Assembly (NCBI GenBank): GCA_021613535.1
Contig: CP075497.1
Span: 4,030,001 to 4,094,000 of the forward strand
Direction: 5' to 3'
Length of the DNA: 64,000 bases
Source: Adineta vaga
Lineage: Eukaryota > Animalia > Rotifera
A program made the position numbers and the translations under genes. The notes below the pieces were generated by a model, which was not told the origin of the DNA, did not search any database, and saw only the letters and a list, made by a program, of their open reading frames with translations. This document shows positions 1-15,151 of this stretch, one piece after another (within the stretch, counting starts at the first letter, position 1; every line of letters begins with the position of its first letter).

Positions 1-87
1 GAAAGTAAAACTTTATCTAAGCAAGAAGAAATTCTTCAAATTCTACAAAAACATATTCCGTCGAAAATTCCATTGAAAGATAATTAA
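1..87 (+). CDS. 3' end of a gene entering from the left (ESKTLSKQEEILQILQKHIPSKIPLKDN*)
   Basis: Open frame from base 1 to TAA at 85-87, followed by U-rich sequence and AATAAA near 160. Product unknown. Confidence 0.5.
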   Translation, partial: ESKTLSKQEEILQILQKHIPSKIPLKDN

Positions 88-373
88 TATGTTTGTTTGA
101 TTTGTTTATTTCTGAGTTGATTTAGAAATAACATGTGAAATGATATCAAAATATTTTTCAATAAACTGTTGTTCATTTATTATTTATGATTTGTAAAATA
201 TAAGACATTTAGACATGCTTATAGGGAATTCATTTTTTTTAGAATTGACTTTAAAGACTTGCATTACTAAAATTAACAACGTATGAATGTAAACTATTGA
301 AATAAATTGTGCAGTTTTAATCGAAAGAGAAAGTAACAAACGAAAAGGCTTCTTATACAAGAAAATAATTGGT

Positions 374-886
374 TTAAGTGTTGATAACAGCTACTTCTGT
401 TTTCCTCTTTTTTGGTGGTTTGATTGACTTTTGCGGTGTTCGACAATATTTGATACCACATATGATAAAACCAGTGCCAAGAGAGAGAGCAGAAAGACCG
501 CCAGTAATATACCAAAGTAAACGTGACATTTTCCCACCACAATGAGCAACATGTTCCGTTGGACAAGTCATTAATGGTGTAGGTGATACAAGTGTTAAAA
601 CGTAATCCCAAGCACCACGAATCGTATCAATTTCAATATTTGTATAACATTTCGTACATGTTGTAGTTGTATTATAATAGCGAGGTTTTCGATTAACATC
701 TGTTGTATATTTGAAATAAACATTCAATGGATTGAGACAATGTTTTGATATAGAAATATTAAAACGAACTGTATCATCAGTACATTTCGAATTGATGATA
801 CATATTTCACAATATTTAAGTTGTTTGACTGTAATCGTCTGACCAGAAATGATAAAGCATGCAACAAATAAAATGACGTTAATCAT
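374..886 (-). CDS. Intronless 170-aa type I membrane protein of unknown family
   Basis: Hydrophobic N-terminus (MINVILFVACFIISG), Cys-rich ectodomain, TM segment (LLWYITGGLSALSLGTGFIICGI), basic cytoplasmic tail. Confidence 0.7.
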   Translation of the reverse strand: MINVILFVACFIISGQTITVKQLKYCEICIINSKCTDDTVRFNISISKHCLNPLNVYFKYTTDVNRKPRYYNTTTTCTKCYTNIEIDTIRGAWDYVLTLVSPTPLMTCPTEHVAHCGGKMSRLLWYITGGLSALSLGTGFIICGIKYCRTPQKSIKPPKKRKTEVAVINT

Positions 887-2094
887 AACAAAAATATTAA
901 GTAAATGTTGCTAATATTTTGAATTTTGTTTCTTTTCCTTTTCTTATCTTAACAACGAAAAAGGTGTTCTTCATCGTCATAGTTTAGTTCGTAATCATAT
1001 TTAGAAAACTTTGTTATATCATTCTCATCACATGGCACAGCAGCAGCAGTAGTAGTAGTTCTTTTAAAACCAACATTGTACACTGCTTGAAATATAATTT
1101 CCTGCTATCTATACGATAGTTGAGTTCTAAAACTTAATTAAATTCGTATATATTTTCTGATTTTATTGGCGTTGCTATCGACTTTATAGGAATGGAAGGC
1201 AAATATTCGTTTTCATTATGTATTTCAGTACTCTGATGTTTTCTTGATTTCAATCGTTTACGACTAAATAGTTTTATAATTATATCACATTTTCATATCC
1301 ATACTTTTCCTTCGCTTTTGATCCATCCGAACAACAGATATACCAAGCTTGGAATCAGAAAGATAATGATAATACTCAACATTCATTTATCTATGATTTT
1401 TACAATCAAATAAATCAGAATTTTGTTATTGTGTGTTTTTTTTCAACATAATATCATCAGCAAGCAAAAAAAAAGAGAAAAGAAAGAAGAAAAATGTTCA
1501 AAGGGCCACAATGAGAACAACAACAACAACAACAAAAGCGGACAAATGTATATATATATATATGCAAGGATTTCCTTCTGCTCTTTTTTATACAACAGAA
1601 AGAGTACAAGTCGTCCACAACAACGGTTATGCAGTGTGTAACAAAGAAAGAGTAAACAAAAAAAAGAAGACAATGACAAAAGACAAATTGACAGCAAAAT
1701 AACTGTTCGAATAAGAGAGAATGTTAGAATAAGAGACAGAAAGAGAAGAAGAGAAGAAAACGAAACAAAGAAAATTCCTGACAGAAAAAACGCCTCATAC
1801 GGCAAATAAGCTATTTTCATAGAAAATAGACAAGAAAAGAAAATGTTTCATATGGATATAAACAAAACAGCAAAGAAAAAGAAATTTCTTATCAATACGT
1901 TGGCTTGCTAATGTAGACAAAAACAAAATGTGTGCTCAAAAGTTACACAGAATTTCATTTGGCATTTTATGTTTGGTTATAATCGCTAGAGCGTCTGTTC
2001 TAATAAATACTTGGAGAAGAGAAAGGAAGAGAAACAAAGTTAATATGCTAGACTACATTGAAAAAAAGAAGACAAAGATAGGAAAAAAAGAAAG

Positions 2095-5000
2095 TCATGG
2101 TTGAGGTTTCGTCGATGACTGCGTTTGTGATTGTGGTTGTTGTTCGAGAGATGGATGTGTCGGTGGTGGTGGTGCGTAAGAACGTAATATTGATTCTTCT
2201 GAAACAGACATTGGATTAGCGCCAGGAAAATTTGCATAACCAAAGTTCTAAAAAAGACGAAAACGATCATATATTCGTATTGAATTGAATTTTCATATGA
2301 TCAAACTTACTGATATATTCCATGTAGGTGCAAATAATTGAGGACTAATTCCAGTACCACTTGCAGCAAGTATGTGTGAGAGAAGTTCTAAACTAAGACC
2401 TGCACTCGCTGGTGTTCGTCCATTTTTTGCTAATGTATATGCAGCTGCTGCTGTCGCTGCTACATCAGTTGGTTCGTATGTTGAAGTTGAAGGCACAACA
2501 GTTGGAAGTACAGATGACGTTGTTGATGTCGATGGAAGATGAGTGACAAGTTCCATTTCTGATGATGGAAGCTTTTTAGTACTAGGAACTGTTGGTGTAC
2601 TAGATTTTTTAGTTGAATTCATATTAGTATTATTTGCTGATTGTCGAAGTTGATTTTCGAGAATGGATTGATGTGTTAATGCATTTGAATGACGTGGAGA
2701 TTTATTTTTTTTTGTCGTTGATGGAGATGAATCTGTATGTTGATTAAGTGTATTTGTTGATAAACGTCTTCGTGTAGGTGATATTGCTTTCTGTTGTTGT
2801 AATTGTTGTTGAAGTTCAAGTTCAGCTAGCAGTTTTTGTTGTTTAAGTTGTTGTTGTTCTTTACGTGGACTTGGAGGGATAACAGGTAACACAGTTGATA
2901 CGATGGGTGCAGGTGGAGGAGGAAGAGATGCTGGTGCTGGCACTGGTGGCGGCGGTGATACTTGAGTAACAGTTGTAGTTGCAGTTGTCGGGGGTGGAGG
3001 AATGGTTTCCGTAACTGGTAAAATGTCTGAAAGTCGTCGACGTAAATTCGCATTTGTTACTCGAAGTGAATCCCGACGATGTTTAAGTTCATCAAATTTT
3101 TTCTGTAGAGCAGCATTCTCAGATTTAAATTGATATAAACATGTTAACAATGATGAAACATCATGTGGCATAGTTTGTTGAAGAAGAAAATCACTCGATG
3201 ATTCCCATTCTTGTTCAAGAAATTCTTCTAATGTTTGTGGTGGAAATGTTCGTTGTTGTTGTTCGGTTGTAGTTGATTGAGCTAGCGCAGCTTGTAAAGG
3301 TCGTCGTGGATAAAAATCAATATGTGGCATTGTTGTTGTTGTTGTTGTTGTGGATGAAGATGATACACGTTGACGAGATGATTCTTCGTTTTTATCAATT
3401 TGATCATCAGAATGAGCTTGTTGTTTAAAAACATCGGAATTAATTTGATTACCAAAATGATCACATGGATAATAATGTGTTGAGCGAGAAGTGATTTTTG
3501 TTTCAGTATCATTTTTATTTTCAGATGATCTCCGTTGAATATTGATTTGAGTATCATTGACTTTTTGTTGTTTCATGTTATTATTATTATTATTATGAGC
3601 AATCGTACTTGTCGAAGATTTTGATATTGGACGTTTAACACCATTTGTTAATTGTTGAGCTAATACAGTTTTCTTGGATGGTGGTCGACCAACAGGTCTA
3701 GAACCACCTTCAACTGAATGTTGACGTTTCTTTCGTGGTTGTCCATCTTTATTTAATTTAATTGATAATTTACGTTTTTTGTTCATTTCATAATCGCCAT
3801 CATCATCATCATCATCATCTTCATCTCTAGAATACAATATAAGTATGATGAAATGAAAAGAAGATTGATTCTTGAATCGTACTTAGTCTTTGTCAAAGAC
3901 GGTTTCTTTAACGATGTAGATTTTGTAGTTGATAATGATCCATCTGTTGACAATCGTTGTTTTATAGGAGATTTGTTGGTATTATTATTATTCGAAGATG
4001 AAGAAGATATTGTACATCGAGATGCTAATGATTTTTCTTCGATCGAATTTAATGATGATTGTGAATCAACATTGGTTTTCGATGATTTCGAGTTATCAGG
4101 TTTAGTTTCTCTATTCAAAGAAAAACATACATAATTATTCAAATTAACAATAGACTACTATGAAAAAGAAATCTATTTTGATTAAACTTTTGCGAAAATA
4201 GAAAAACTTCTCCTTATCACAACAAAAGACAAACTTTGAGTCGATTGTTGATGAATCCGATTTTGTTGTCATTATCGTTGCTTCTTTTGCATCTGATTGA
4301 TTTGATGATAATGATGGTGGTGGCGGTGGTGGTGGTAGAAAACTTCGTTCTTCTTTATTCAATTGAACAAATTGTGAAAGATCATTCAATGAACGATTAT
4401 TATTATTCATTTCATCATTTAATTTGACTTTCTTTTGTAAAGAGGAATTTGTTGATGATGACGATGATGAACGTGAATGAGTTTTTTGTTGAACAATGGG
4501 TGAAGCTGCTGATGATGATGATGATAATGATGAATTTGTATTTGAGGATGATTTTCGTTGTAATGCATCGATACTATGAGCAGTACGTGGAACCGGTGTT
4601 TGTTGTTCATCACTTGTATTTGTTTGATTATTTGTATCGTTTAATATTGAAGTCGATGATGGTATATTCGTTTCACTCGCTTCAGCTTCTGCTGCAGCAG
4701 CAGCAACAAAATCGGATAATTGGGATGGACTTTCTTTCTCTTTCAAACGTGACTATCAAAAGAAAAAGAAAATAATAACTTTGTTGTAGTTTAACATTCA
4801 ATTCTATTTCATTACTTGTTTTTTTAATTGTTCATTGGATGCTATAGCATTTGGTGAATATTGAAAAGCTGTTATTTGACGAATGAATTTCTAAAATATG
4901 ATCATATTGAGAAAAGAAATTCATCGAAACAAATACCATTTCTTACTGAAAGTTTTGGGCGATGTTGTTCACAATAAATTGGATATTGACAATTATTTTT

Positions 5001-5749
5001 TCTTACATCTTCACATAATAATCCGTTTGCTTGTGCACATGTGACATGAAAGACTTGTGAACAGTTTTTAACTGTACATGCACAACATGCACCACTGGTT
5101 GAAATCAATTTTGAACGTCCATTCTGAGTACAAATTGAACATTCTTGTCCAAAACGTGTCGAGGGAATTTTCGATAAAATTATTGGTTGCATCGTTGTAT
5201 CATCACCAAATGATACTTCAGGAATATACAATGCGCAAACTACATGTGCCCAACCGCCGTCCGATGTTCGTTTCATTGCACCTTCAACTGTTGGACATAG
5301 ACGACATGGCTAAAAACAAAGTTATTCTAGAAATTGAACAAATCGTTTTCCTTGATTAATACCGCTCGAATGTCACCCGCTTCGCATCGACCACAATACC
5401 AATTACCATCTGGTATTGATACAATACCATAACAGGCTAGAAAAGAAATGATAGAGAAAAAAATATATTCTTTTTTTTTTTTCTTCACGTGTTTACCAGT
5501 ATGACAAGCAACTGTACAATCTTTTCCATCACAGTAAACAAGAGCATTATTTGCAAAACCTTGATCATCCGAACATACACAACAACCACCAACAAGTTCT
5601 TCACTATCTAAGCCATTTCTTAATGTTGTAGTTGTTGTTGAATCATCAGTTCCATTCTCTTGAATTTTATGCTTGTGATGAAAACCATTTTTATTTTCTC
5701 CAGGTCCACCAGCATTAATCGTTGGTAATACTGTTTTTGTATCTTTCAT
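2095..5749 (-). CDS. MLLT10: AF10/AF17 (Alhambra/ZFP-1)-like PZP-domain chromatin protein, multi-exon
   Basis: PHD GGCCVCSDDQGFANNALVYCDG..CYGIVSIPDGNWYC; ePHD GGWAHVVCALYIPEV..FHVTCAQ; OM-LZ-like PQTLEEFLEQEWESSSDFL..LLTCLYQFKSEN. Last exon 2247-2095 follows intron 2310-2248. Confidence 0.9.
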
Positions 5750-6209
5750 TGAAATCTTAATTTGAAATTCAAAATCAAATTCAATTGAACATTTATTTCA
5801 AACGACTTACTTAAATATTTTAATCAATAGGAATATTGACAATAATACATCTAGAAAAAAAAGCGTCGAAAAAAGAAGTCCTTGACATATAGTTGATGTC
5901 AATAACTAGATGTCACGTTTTTTCTTTCTTATTCTTTATCTTTCAAACGACTAAAACGGATTGAAAAGGACAACAAAAAAACGATATTCGTCTATTAGAC
6001 TTGTTTATTATTATTTAAGTTATTAGAAGAAAAAAAAGCCACAGACAACCATTCATAACGATAATAGCCTTGTCATGCATCATGTTAGAGGACATGTCGT
6101 CTGACATAAATGGCCGAACTGTTCATGATGGTAAACTATGGCAATGATTGGATCGTATGAATGTTTATTTCTTGACAATAGTAACATATTGAAGTTTTTG
6201 TTGTTGTCA

Positions 6210-8157
6210 ATGGGCATCTATTACAGTCTGATATCGGTATTTTCATCGCCGACATCGACTCCTAATCGAAATGCCCATGCCATAACACGTTCCAAATCTT
6301 TGAATAAACGTCGACGTCAGCATAAGCGACATCATCTATTGAATCGATTTTTTCTTGGTTCAACGCATTATTTTGTTAATACACAAATTCATACATGTCT
6401 TTTTCATGAACATTATACATTAAATTCAAACCATGACATCTTATCACCTGTACATTTACAACTTTCGTTGTCAGAAGTTAATCATTCAACGATCATTCGT
6501 CCAATACAATGTTCTATAGCGATAAGACGAGATTCATTAAAATTAATTCATTGTTCAGATGATCTCTATGAAATTGATTTTATTTTCGATGCTGATCGAC
6601 CTGTTCAACTATACAGTAAATTTCTTCACTTCTTTTTATTTATAATTTTGTTTTCTCTTCAGTCTATTTTATGGCACATGAAATGATAACAAATAATCAT
6701 GGATCTTTGTCATATATATGTTGTACAAAACTTAATAAATTCGATACATTTCAACAGTACTATGCATTTAATTTTCCAGCTGGTTATGGACAAAAGTTTT
6801 CATCAATTCAACATAACATTCGTTTTTCTTTGTCAACTTTAAATGAAGAACATTATGGATGTAAAATAACAAATCGATTGTGTCCGATTGTAATCGTTTG
6901 TAAAGCAATCAATGTCGAATTAATAAAGTAAGTAGAAGTATTTTTAGAAAATAGTTAGTTAGAATAAAACTTGAATTTTAATTATCGTTGTTTTGTTCAG
7001 ATGTATCGATTTAAATTAGACTTAACGAATAAGGGAAGGATTATTCATATTGAATTAAAATCTCATTGTATTATTTCATAAAATCTTTCCTTAATCTTTA
7101 ATAAGATTAATTTCAATTTTTAGAAGTCCATCAACAATCTGCGGTACAACAGCTAATCATCATACAACGGCTAGTGCAACAGTATTTCCAATATTTGATC
7201 AGTATCATATTATTCTAGCGACAATAAAATATCGTCGAACTAATCCAATTTCATCCACATCAAGCAAGAATTCAGATTGTGCATCAATTACTTTACTCAG
7301 TCAAAAACATATATATAATGGTATTATTTTTAAATTATATGAATTGTATGGTTTGGAAAATCCACCATCGAAATTTATTCCAAGTACTAATCATGATCGA
7401 CAAAAATTCTTACGTCAAAAGAAATCTTTAATTAAAGTTGTTACTACATCTACTTTATTTGAGAATGAACCATTTATCTCGATGAATTCAATTAATCGGT
7501 AAGTAAATTTCGTCTAGAGAAGCTATAGAAAAAACTTGTTTTGATCAATGCCAGATTAATCGTTTATTATTTATTTATCTAATCTATAAATATACACATT
7601 AACAGTTTTGCTTTGTCTACTAAGATCGATCATGACATAGAACATAGTCAAAAAACAAAAGAAAAAAGAATACTGTTATGTTTTTCTTTTCTAGTAGCAA
7701 TGATATTTATTTATCGAATGAAGAAAATAAACAAAAACGTAAATTGAAAAAAGCTCGTTCATGTATGGATTTTATTTTAAATGATCATAATGAAAATACG
7801 TGTGTTATTTGTCTAACGGATATACGAAATGTTTTACTTCTCCCATGTCGACATTTATGTCTATGTGGATCTTGTGCTGAAAATCTCAAATTTCAATCAG
7901 CCAATTGTCCAATATGTCGGATACCGTTTCGAGCTTTACTACAAATTGATGCTTTACATCATCGAAATATACATGAAAATGATAATGATGATGAATACAT
8001 GTATGAAAGTATTTCACTTATTGATGCTTTAAATTTAGCTACAATAAGTACAAAAAAGACTTCATCGAAACTGATAACAACAAATGATTTGTATATCAAT
8101 CGTAAAGCAATAACAACAACTGATCTAAAATATTTTTGTAGTGAACAGACTGTATAA
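6210..8157 (+). CDS. MGRN1: Mahogunin/RNF157-like RING E3 ubiquitin ligase, multi-exon
   Basis: [20 protein letters not shown]..; [19 protein letters not shown]; C-terminal [53 protein letters not shown]; MGxxxS start. Confidence 0.88.
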
Positions 8158-11100
8158 GATCTGTGATAAAAAAAAAGAAAAGAAACCCAGTTATTTTATT
8201 CATTATTGCTAGAGGTAGTTGTGTATTTTTTTTTGCTCGTATTTTTTCATCAATCGCATGTTGAGTTGCTTTTATTTCTTTCAGTTTGTTTTGCCATAGA
8301 AATTCTATTTATTATTATTAAAAATTACTGTCGATAATATTTCTTTCCGTCTTTCTTTCTTCTTCTTTTTTTGGTGTTGTTTGATAGAAAGCAAGTTCAG
8401 TTAGATTTGATCGCGCTTAGTGTGTCTGTTCTATGTGATGTTGAGTGGCATCGAACAGTAGGAACTACTAAGATGATCGTTTATTCATCTTCACTGTTTA
8501 GAGAAGGGAGGGAGAAAAGAAAGAGCGAAAGAAAGAAAGAATAGATCTGTTCTTTTTCTTCTTTCTTCTTATTGTATTATGTGTGAGCATGTTTGTGGGT
8601 CAAGTAATCATAATCACTCGCCGATGGGCACTCGTCGCCTATCTTGAGTAAATATTAGTGCAATCGAGTAGAAGAAGTAAGAAAGATTTCTCTCTTGTAC
8701 TTTGTATACATATATATATATATATCCATTTCTGGTGTTAGATATCTTACCGAATTGAATTTTTTATTGCTAGTTTTCATAGACCAAGATTTCCGAAAGA
8801 ATAACTTTTCGACATTCAATTATGAATAGTAAATCAAGTAGAAACAACTGTGGTTTGCGTCATAATTTCTTTTTTTTGTTCTCAGTTTCTTTATATGTCT
8901 AAGAAAAATTACTGACCGTGCGTTCATCTATCATTCCTGCATGATCGAAGTTCTTATGCAAATAGTTTAGTATTGATAAGATGTCGAGTCTTTTTCATCA
9001 TTTGTCTTATAAGTGAAGAGAAAAAAAGCGAAATGAGCAAGAGAAAAGAATGAAGATTAATTTCATTGTAGAAACGAGCGGAAGACCTCTTTAGGGACTC
9101 CTATGGAAATTGATTTCGGAGGAAAAGAAAAAAGATGATGCAGCAGTGATGATGGTATTACTCTAGCTGCGTTCACATCATTGCAGACTTCCTTTTATAA
9201 CAAACTGTTTCAATGAAAAGCAAACGTTATTACTACTGTGAACTAAATAAGGAACAACTTAGAAAAGAATCTAATCGCTTTCTCTGTGCCTCTCTCTTTC
9301 TCTCGTCTCTTTTCCTTCATTACTAAATTTATCAAAAAAAAAACAACAACAGAAATAACAACGAATAGAAGCTGTATTTTATCGGCGTTATACGTAGGCG
9401 TGATGAGCTCTGGTTTCGTCACTCGCTACCGCTTGATTAATCAGACTGATTTTTCCATCTGTTATTACGAGATCAAGTGTAAGAATGCGATAATCATGGC
9501 TTGACGCATTCGTCCATACGTCCATACATAAGATAGAATGTAGAGAAAAAAAACCTATAGTTCTAACTATAGTATTCCTCTCGAACGTTATCAGATGATA
9601 GTTAAAAGTATACTATCATCTCATCAATTCATCTGTGTACACATACATATACATATAGAGATGTGATTGTATACGTTCTCCTGCCGTTCATTTCTTTTCA
9701 TTTGATCATTGTTCAATAAGATCATTAACACACTCACATATGTGTCAGATCCATCGAGTTTACTTTGATTATTTTTTCTCTTCGTTCGTTCATTCATTCA
9801 TTCTTTCGTTCGTTTGTTCGCGTGAATACCGATCACTTAGTCAAGAAAACGACATTTATACATCTAATGGTATATCAAGAAAAAAAAAGAAGGAATCGAT
9901 ATACGACTATTCTATTTGTGAGGGTTCATATTCTTTCACTTGTGATGTTAGTTTTTTTTTGCAATTCTTCTTTAATGCGCATTTACATATACAAGTTTTT
10001 ACTACTCGCATTCATCATGGCAGGTGAAATGAAAGCATTATAGAATAATAAAGCATGGAAAAAAAATCTACAGAACGTAACGAGCAATCTTTCATTACAA
10101 CACTACGACTATTTCCTTGTTGGAAAAAGAAATGAAGTCGGCAAAGTTCCTTTTTCTTCTCCTTCTTAGCCGTCATCAGCATAGTCGTCGTCGTCGTTTT
10201 CTTTTCCTTGTTCGCCTTCTTCGTTTTCTTCTTGTACTATCATTCTGCGTTTTTTTTCTTCTTACTCTTCATCAACGATAGCGTCTGCTGTGCGACAAAA
10301 GAAAATGCGTTTTTCCAGATCGACTCTTGTCCCGTTAACGATAATGATCCTATATTTGATGGTAACAAGCAATGGCAACAATTCACTTGGCAAAATCTAC
10401 AATCATTGTCATGATCGGTAATTAGATTTTCTTGTCTTTTTTTTGTCTCATCTAACCAAAATATGTTTCTCGTATATCATGCAGGTATGTGGGTTTGTTA
10501 ATGAAATGAATGACATATTTCTCCGATGACGTCGATTACGAATTCTCTTTACATTTTTCTTCCAACCGCCAACTGTTTCTTATCGATCGAAGAAATAGAT
10601 CAACTGATCCGATATGAATATTAAAAGAATTTCTTTTCCTATCTAATTTTCTTGAGTCATTTTTTTTACAACTGCTACTGTTGTTATTAAATGATTGACA
10701 GTATATGTGTAAGCAAGCCAACGGCTAGCATGCATAGAAAGAAGAGGAGGCGACGACGGCGACGACGACAAGATGACGACAAAGGATAGATGATTCCATT
10801 TACCCCTCTCTGTTTTTCCGCATGTGCTTCTTATCGGTTATTATTACTTGTTGGGTACCTTCGTGTTCGTTTACACAACAATATACCGTATTCTTGTCTT
10901 TGCTTTTTTACTTCTCGAGTAGCATGAGTGGAGACATACGAGTCTCACTTGTGTAAAACATGCGTATATAAAAAGAAACATGCTTATTTGCAACGATAAG
11001 TATCGTACACTCTTTCTCTCCCTTCCGTTAGACACGAGACAATTTACATCAATATATATTAAAAAGAAAATTGAGGTTTAGATGAATTGTATACAATCAA

Positions 11101-11622
11101 GGTGAAGAACAAGTTGTCCCACTAGTTCAGTTTTGAACTTAATGAAGAAAAAGACAAATGGAGAGAAAAGAGAACAGAATGAAAAGATTCTAGATTGATT
11201 TTTTTTCATATTCTTTCTGCCGAAAAAAAAGAACATCGAACGCCTACAATAATGTGTGAATAATGATAAATATATATCACGATTGGTTTCTCTTTTTCTC
11301 ATACACTCTATTTTATTTTATTTTTAAAATATTATCACGACTTTTTTTTAGATTTTATTTTATTTTTTTCTTTGTTTCTCCATTCTTTTCTTCTTTCTAC
11401 TCTTTGTTTAACATCATGTCGAAGTCTAGTGAAACCAAAGCAGTTACAACAACGACAACAAGAATAACAACAACTTTTATCATGCATAGATAATCATCTT
11501 TATATATATATACATATTATCATTGATTCATAGTGTGTGAGTAAGTAACATAATCTGTTGTCATTATTAGTAATATTACAAGTTTTGTTCTTTCTCTATC
11601 AAAGAACGTACACATATATAGA

Positions 11623-14600
11623 ATGGAAGTTACTTCGAGTTTATCGAAAACATTTAAAAAATTTACTATACCTCGAAGTGCATCTTCTATGGGCTCATTT
11701 ACAACATTAAATGGTACGGCTACAAATATTGAACAAAAATTCGAAGATTTAACGACAAATCAAACAATACAAGCACCACCTCCACCACCACCGTTTAATG
11801 GTCAGGCATCTTCGAATCATAAACATCCTCCATTATCATATGTTCAACATATGCGACCAGTGCAACATCTTTCACAACAAAATCTATCCATATCTTCACA
11901 ACAACAACAACAACAACAACAACAATCACAGCACCATCAAGAACAAGAACAACAGCAACAGCAAAATTATCGTCTACCGACTCGACCAGTCAGTAGTGAT
12001 ATTTCATCATTTATTGTACGTTCAGCATCCACAGATTTTCATCCATCGAATGAATATTTCCCTAAAGAAAATAAAGTATGCATATATATATAGTTCTTTT
12101 CTCGATGTAATTCATTACTGTAACTATTTAGATGAATCTCTCGACACAAAAATCTTCATTTTATAAATCATCGATACAACGCGATATGAGTTATGATAAT
12201 ATCAAAAGTTTAACTTTTGATGATACAGTAAAACCTAAATCCGAACAAGATCCACCTCATCGTTCTTCAATAAAATCGATATTAACTAAAAAATTTTATC
12301 CTTCAACTACGAATGAATCAACAAGTCAACCTGCTAAAACAGATATTAAACCTAAAAAACGTCGCACATCTTTTCGTAATCTTTCGCAATTTCTTAAACG
12401 TAGTCATAGTACCAATACAGATTTATCTACAATTGCAACCAATCATACATCTATTAACCATGATCAACAGCAACAACACTTACAAAATAAAGTAACAGCT
12501 GATTTAATTTATCAGCGTTTACATGCCAGACATATTGATGATCATGATTCCTCTTTTCTCACACGTTCAAATACAAGTATTATGTGCAATGGTAGTGGCA
12601 GTGCATTAGTACCAATATCAGAAGAAGAAAATCCAATTCCAACAAAACAATCAAATCGATTAAAAACTACCCAAGTTGATGATGAAGATTACTATTATGA
12701 TAATACAACTCGGTCTGATAGTGGTGTGTTAACACATCAACAAACACAGAGAATTGCACCTAGTCTTAGTAAGTTGATTCGTCAGATTTTTGATTTCTTT
12801 AATCTAGAACATTATTGATAGGTTTATCTTCGTCTTCATCATTTATCTCAGCTCATACATCATCTCCATCGGGTGTTTCATCATCGTCGAATAAAAATCG
12901 AAATATTGTTATCAATAGTAATCAATATCATTATCGAGATGAATTAATAAAGCCGTCCAAATCTCCAACATCAATCACATCTAATATTGGCACAGCATTA
13001 TCTGTACTTGCTAATAATAATACTAATAAACCATATTTGTCAAATTCAATTAGTTTACATGCTAATGTTCATAGTTTAATGAAAACTGAAAAGAATGACC
13101 TTCATTTGTCTGCATATGCTCTCAATGATGTCGAATTATCTTCTTCATCGACGAATAGCAAAGGTACATATTGCTTCATATATTGAGCGAATATTGATTT
13201 TCATTTCTTCTTCTTCTATTAGATCGAACTGTTGTTCATCCCACAACATCTTTAACATTTGATAATTCAACAAAACCATTTCCAACAACTGATTTAGACA
13301 ATTCTACTCAACAAATAACTAAAGTTAAAATGCGTGAGCATACTTCGAAAAAACGAAAAACTTTACGTGATCTGAAATCTCGTAATCCTTGCCACCAGAA
13401 TTAAAAAATAGCTTTTCATTTACTAAACAATCTTCGACGACGAATCATACTAATGGTACCAATCAACCAACAGGAAATAACATGACGAATAAATTAAAAT
13501 TAACTCAACATCAACAACAACGTGCATCGTATTATCAAACGAGTTCTTTATCAACACAAACACTTAATAATGTTTTACATCAATCAAATTCCTCGTTATT
13601 ACGTCTTTCACCATCGCAATTGAACACCAGTATTAATGGACAATTGAGTCGAAATGAACAACGTCTTTCTATGCTTGATCTCGGTTTTGGAAAGATTGAA
13701 TCTTATGTTAAATTAGAAAAATTAGGAGAAGGTATTCTTTCTAGCTCGAAAAAGAAAGGTTCATTTACTCTTGTCTTGCTTTTCTTAGGTACATATGCAA
13801 CAGTTTATAAAGGAAAATCTCATTTACTGAATGGATATATTGCATTAAAAGAAATTCGACTTGAACAAGAGGAAGGTACGTTAATCAATTAATAATTCAA
13901 ATCTCAGAGGAGAATTGATTTAAAATACAACAAAAGAAAATCGATTTCGCTTCTTAGATATAATCTCATGAGATTTCAGGCCGGTTCATGTTCAGTGACG
14001 TAATCTCCTAAATACATTAATTAAAGTTAAAAAAGAGATTGTTTTTTCATTTTCTGATGATATTTTTGGATGTGGATGTAAAATGATACTTGGATAAATA
14101 GAATAAAAAAATGCACATTTGATCCTATTTACATCGTATAAGAGATATTTGATTCGAAGTTTCGATTTCCAAAAAAAATTTGTCATATATCGTATTCCTG
14201 TTCGTTTATTTTTAGGTGCTCCATGTACAGCATTACGAGAAGTGAGCTTATTAAAAGGCCTTAAACATAACAATATTGTTAGTCTACATGATATTATATT
14301 TAATCAAACGACATTAACACTGGTATTTGAATTTGTGGAAAAAGATTTGAAACAATATATGGATGATTGTGCAAATATTCTTAATATTAAAAATGTTCGC
14401 TTATTTTTATTTCAACTTTTACGTGGTTTAGATTATTGTCATTCGAAAAAGATTCTTCATCGAGATCTTAAGTAAGTGTGTTTGATGTACTATCTCATAG
14501 AACTATATTCTTTTTTTCTATAGACCACAAAATCTTTTAATCAATGAACGCGGTGAATTGAAACTAGCTGATTTTGGTTTAGCACGTATTAAATCTTTTC

Positions 14601-15151
14601 CAACAAAAACTTATTCTCATGAAGTTGTTACACTATGGTATCGACCACCAGATGTTTTACTTGGTAGTACTGAATATTCTACACCTATTGATATTTGGGC
14701 TGTTGGTTGTATTTTCTATGAAATGGCATGTGGTCGACCATTATTTGCTGGTACGAAAGTAGATGAAGAATTGTACTTAATATTTAAATGTCTTGGTACA
14801 CCAACTGAACAAACTTTACCCGGTGTAACTGCAAATCCTGATTTTCAAGCATTACGATTACCATATTATCATGGTGAATCATTGAATCATCTTGCACCAC
14901 GTCTTGATCAAACAGGAATTGATTTATTAGAAAACTTTCTACGTTATAATCCACATTCTCGGATATCTGCACATAATGCTATGATGCATAAATTCTTTGC
15001 CTGTTATCCGCCAGTAATCCATACATTAGGCCCATTACAATCAGTACTGGATTTGAATGAGATCGTCTTGACAAAAGATCATGGTTCAAAGCTCATTACA
15101 GCATCGCTCATGAAAACGGCCATTTCGAAACGATCGAGTGTCCATCTGTGA
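11623..15151 (+). CDS. CDK17: PCTAIRE-family cyclin-dependent kinase (CDK16/17/18-like) with a long low-complexity N-terminus and an apparent frameshift near 13384
   Basis: [78 protein letters not shown]. Confidence 0.88.

Noticed and set aside
8200-11600. Short ORFs upstream of the CDK and similar 60-125 aa ORFs in other intergenic regions
   Set aside because: Phe/Ile/Lys-rich translations of low-complexity AT-rich DNA, or shadows of real exons, with no motifs.
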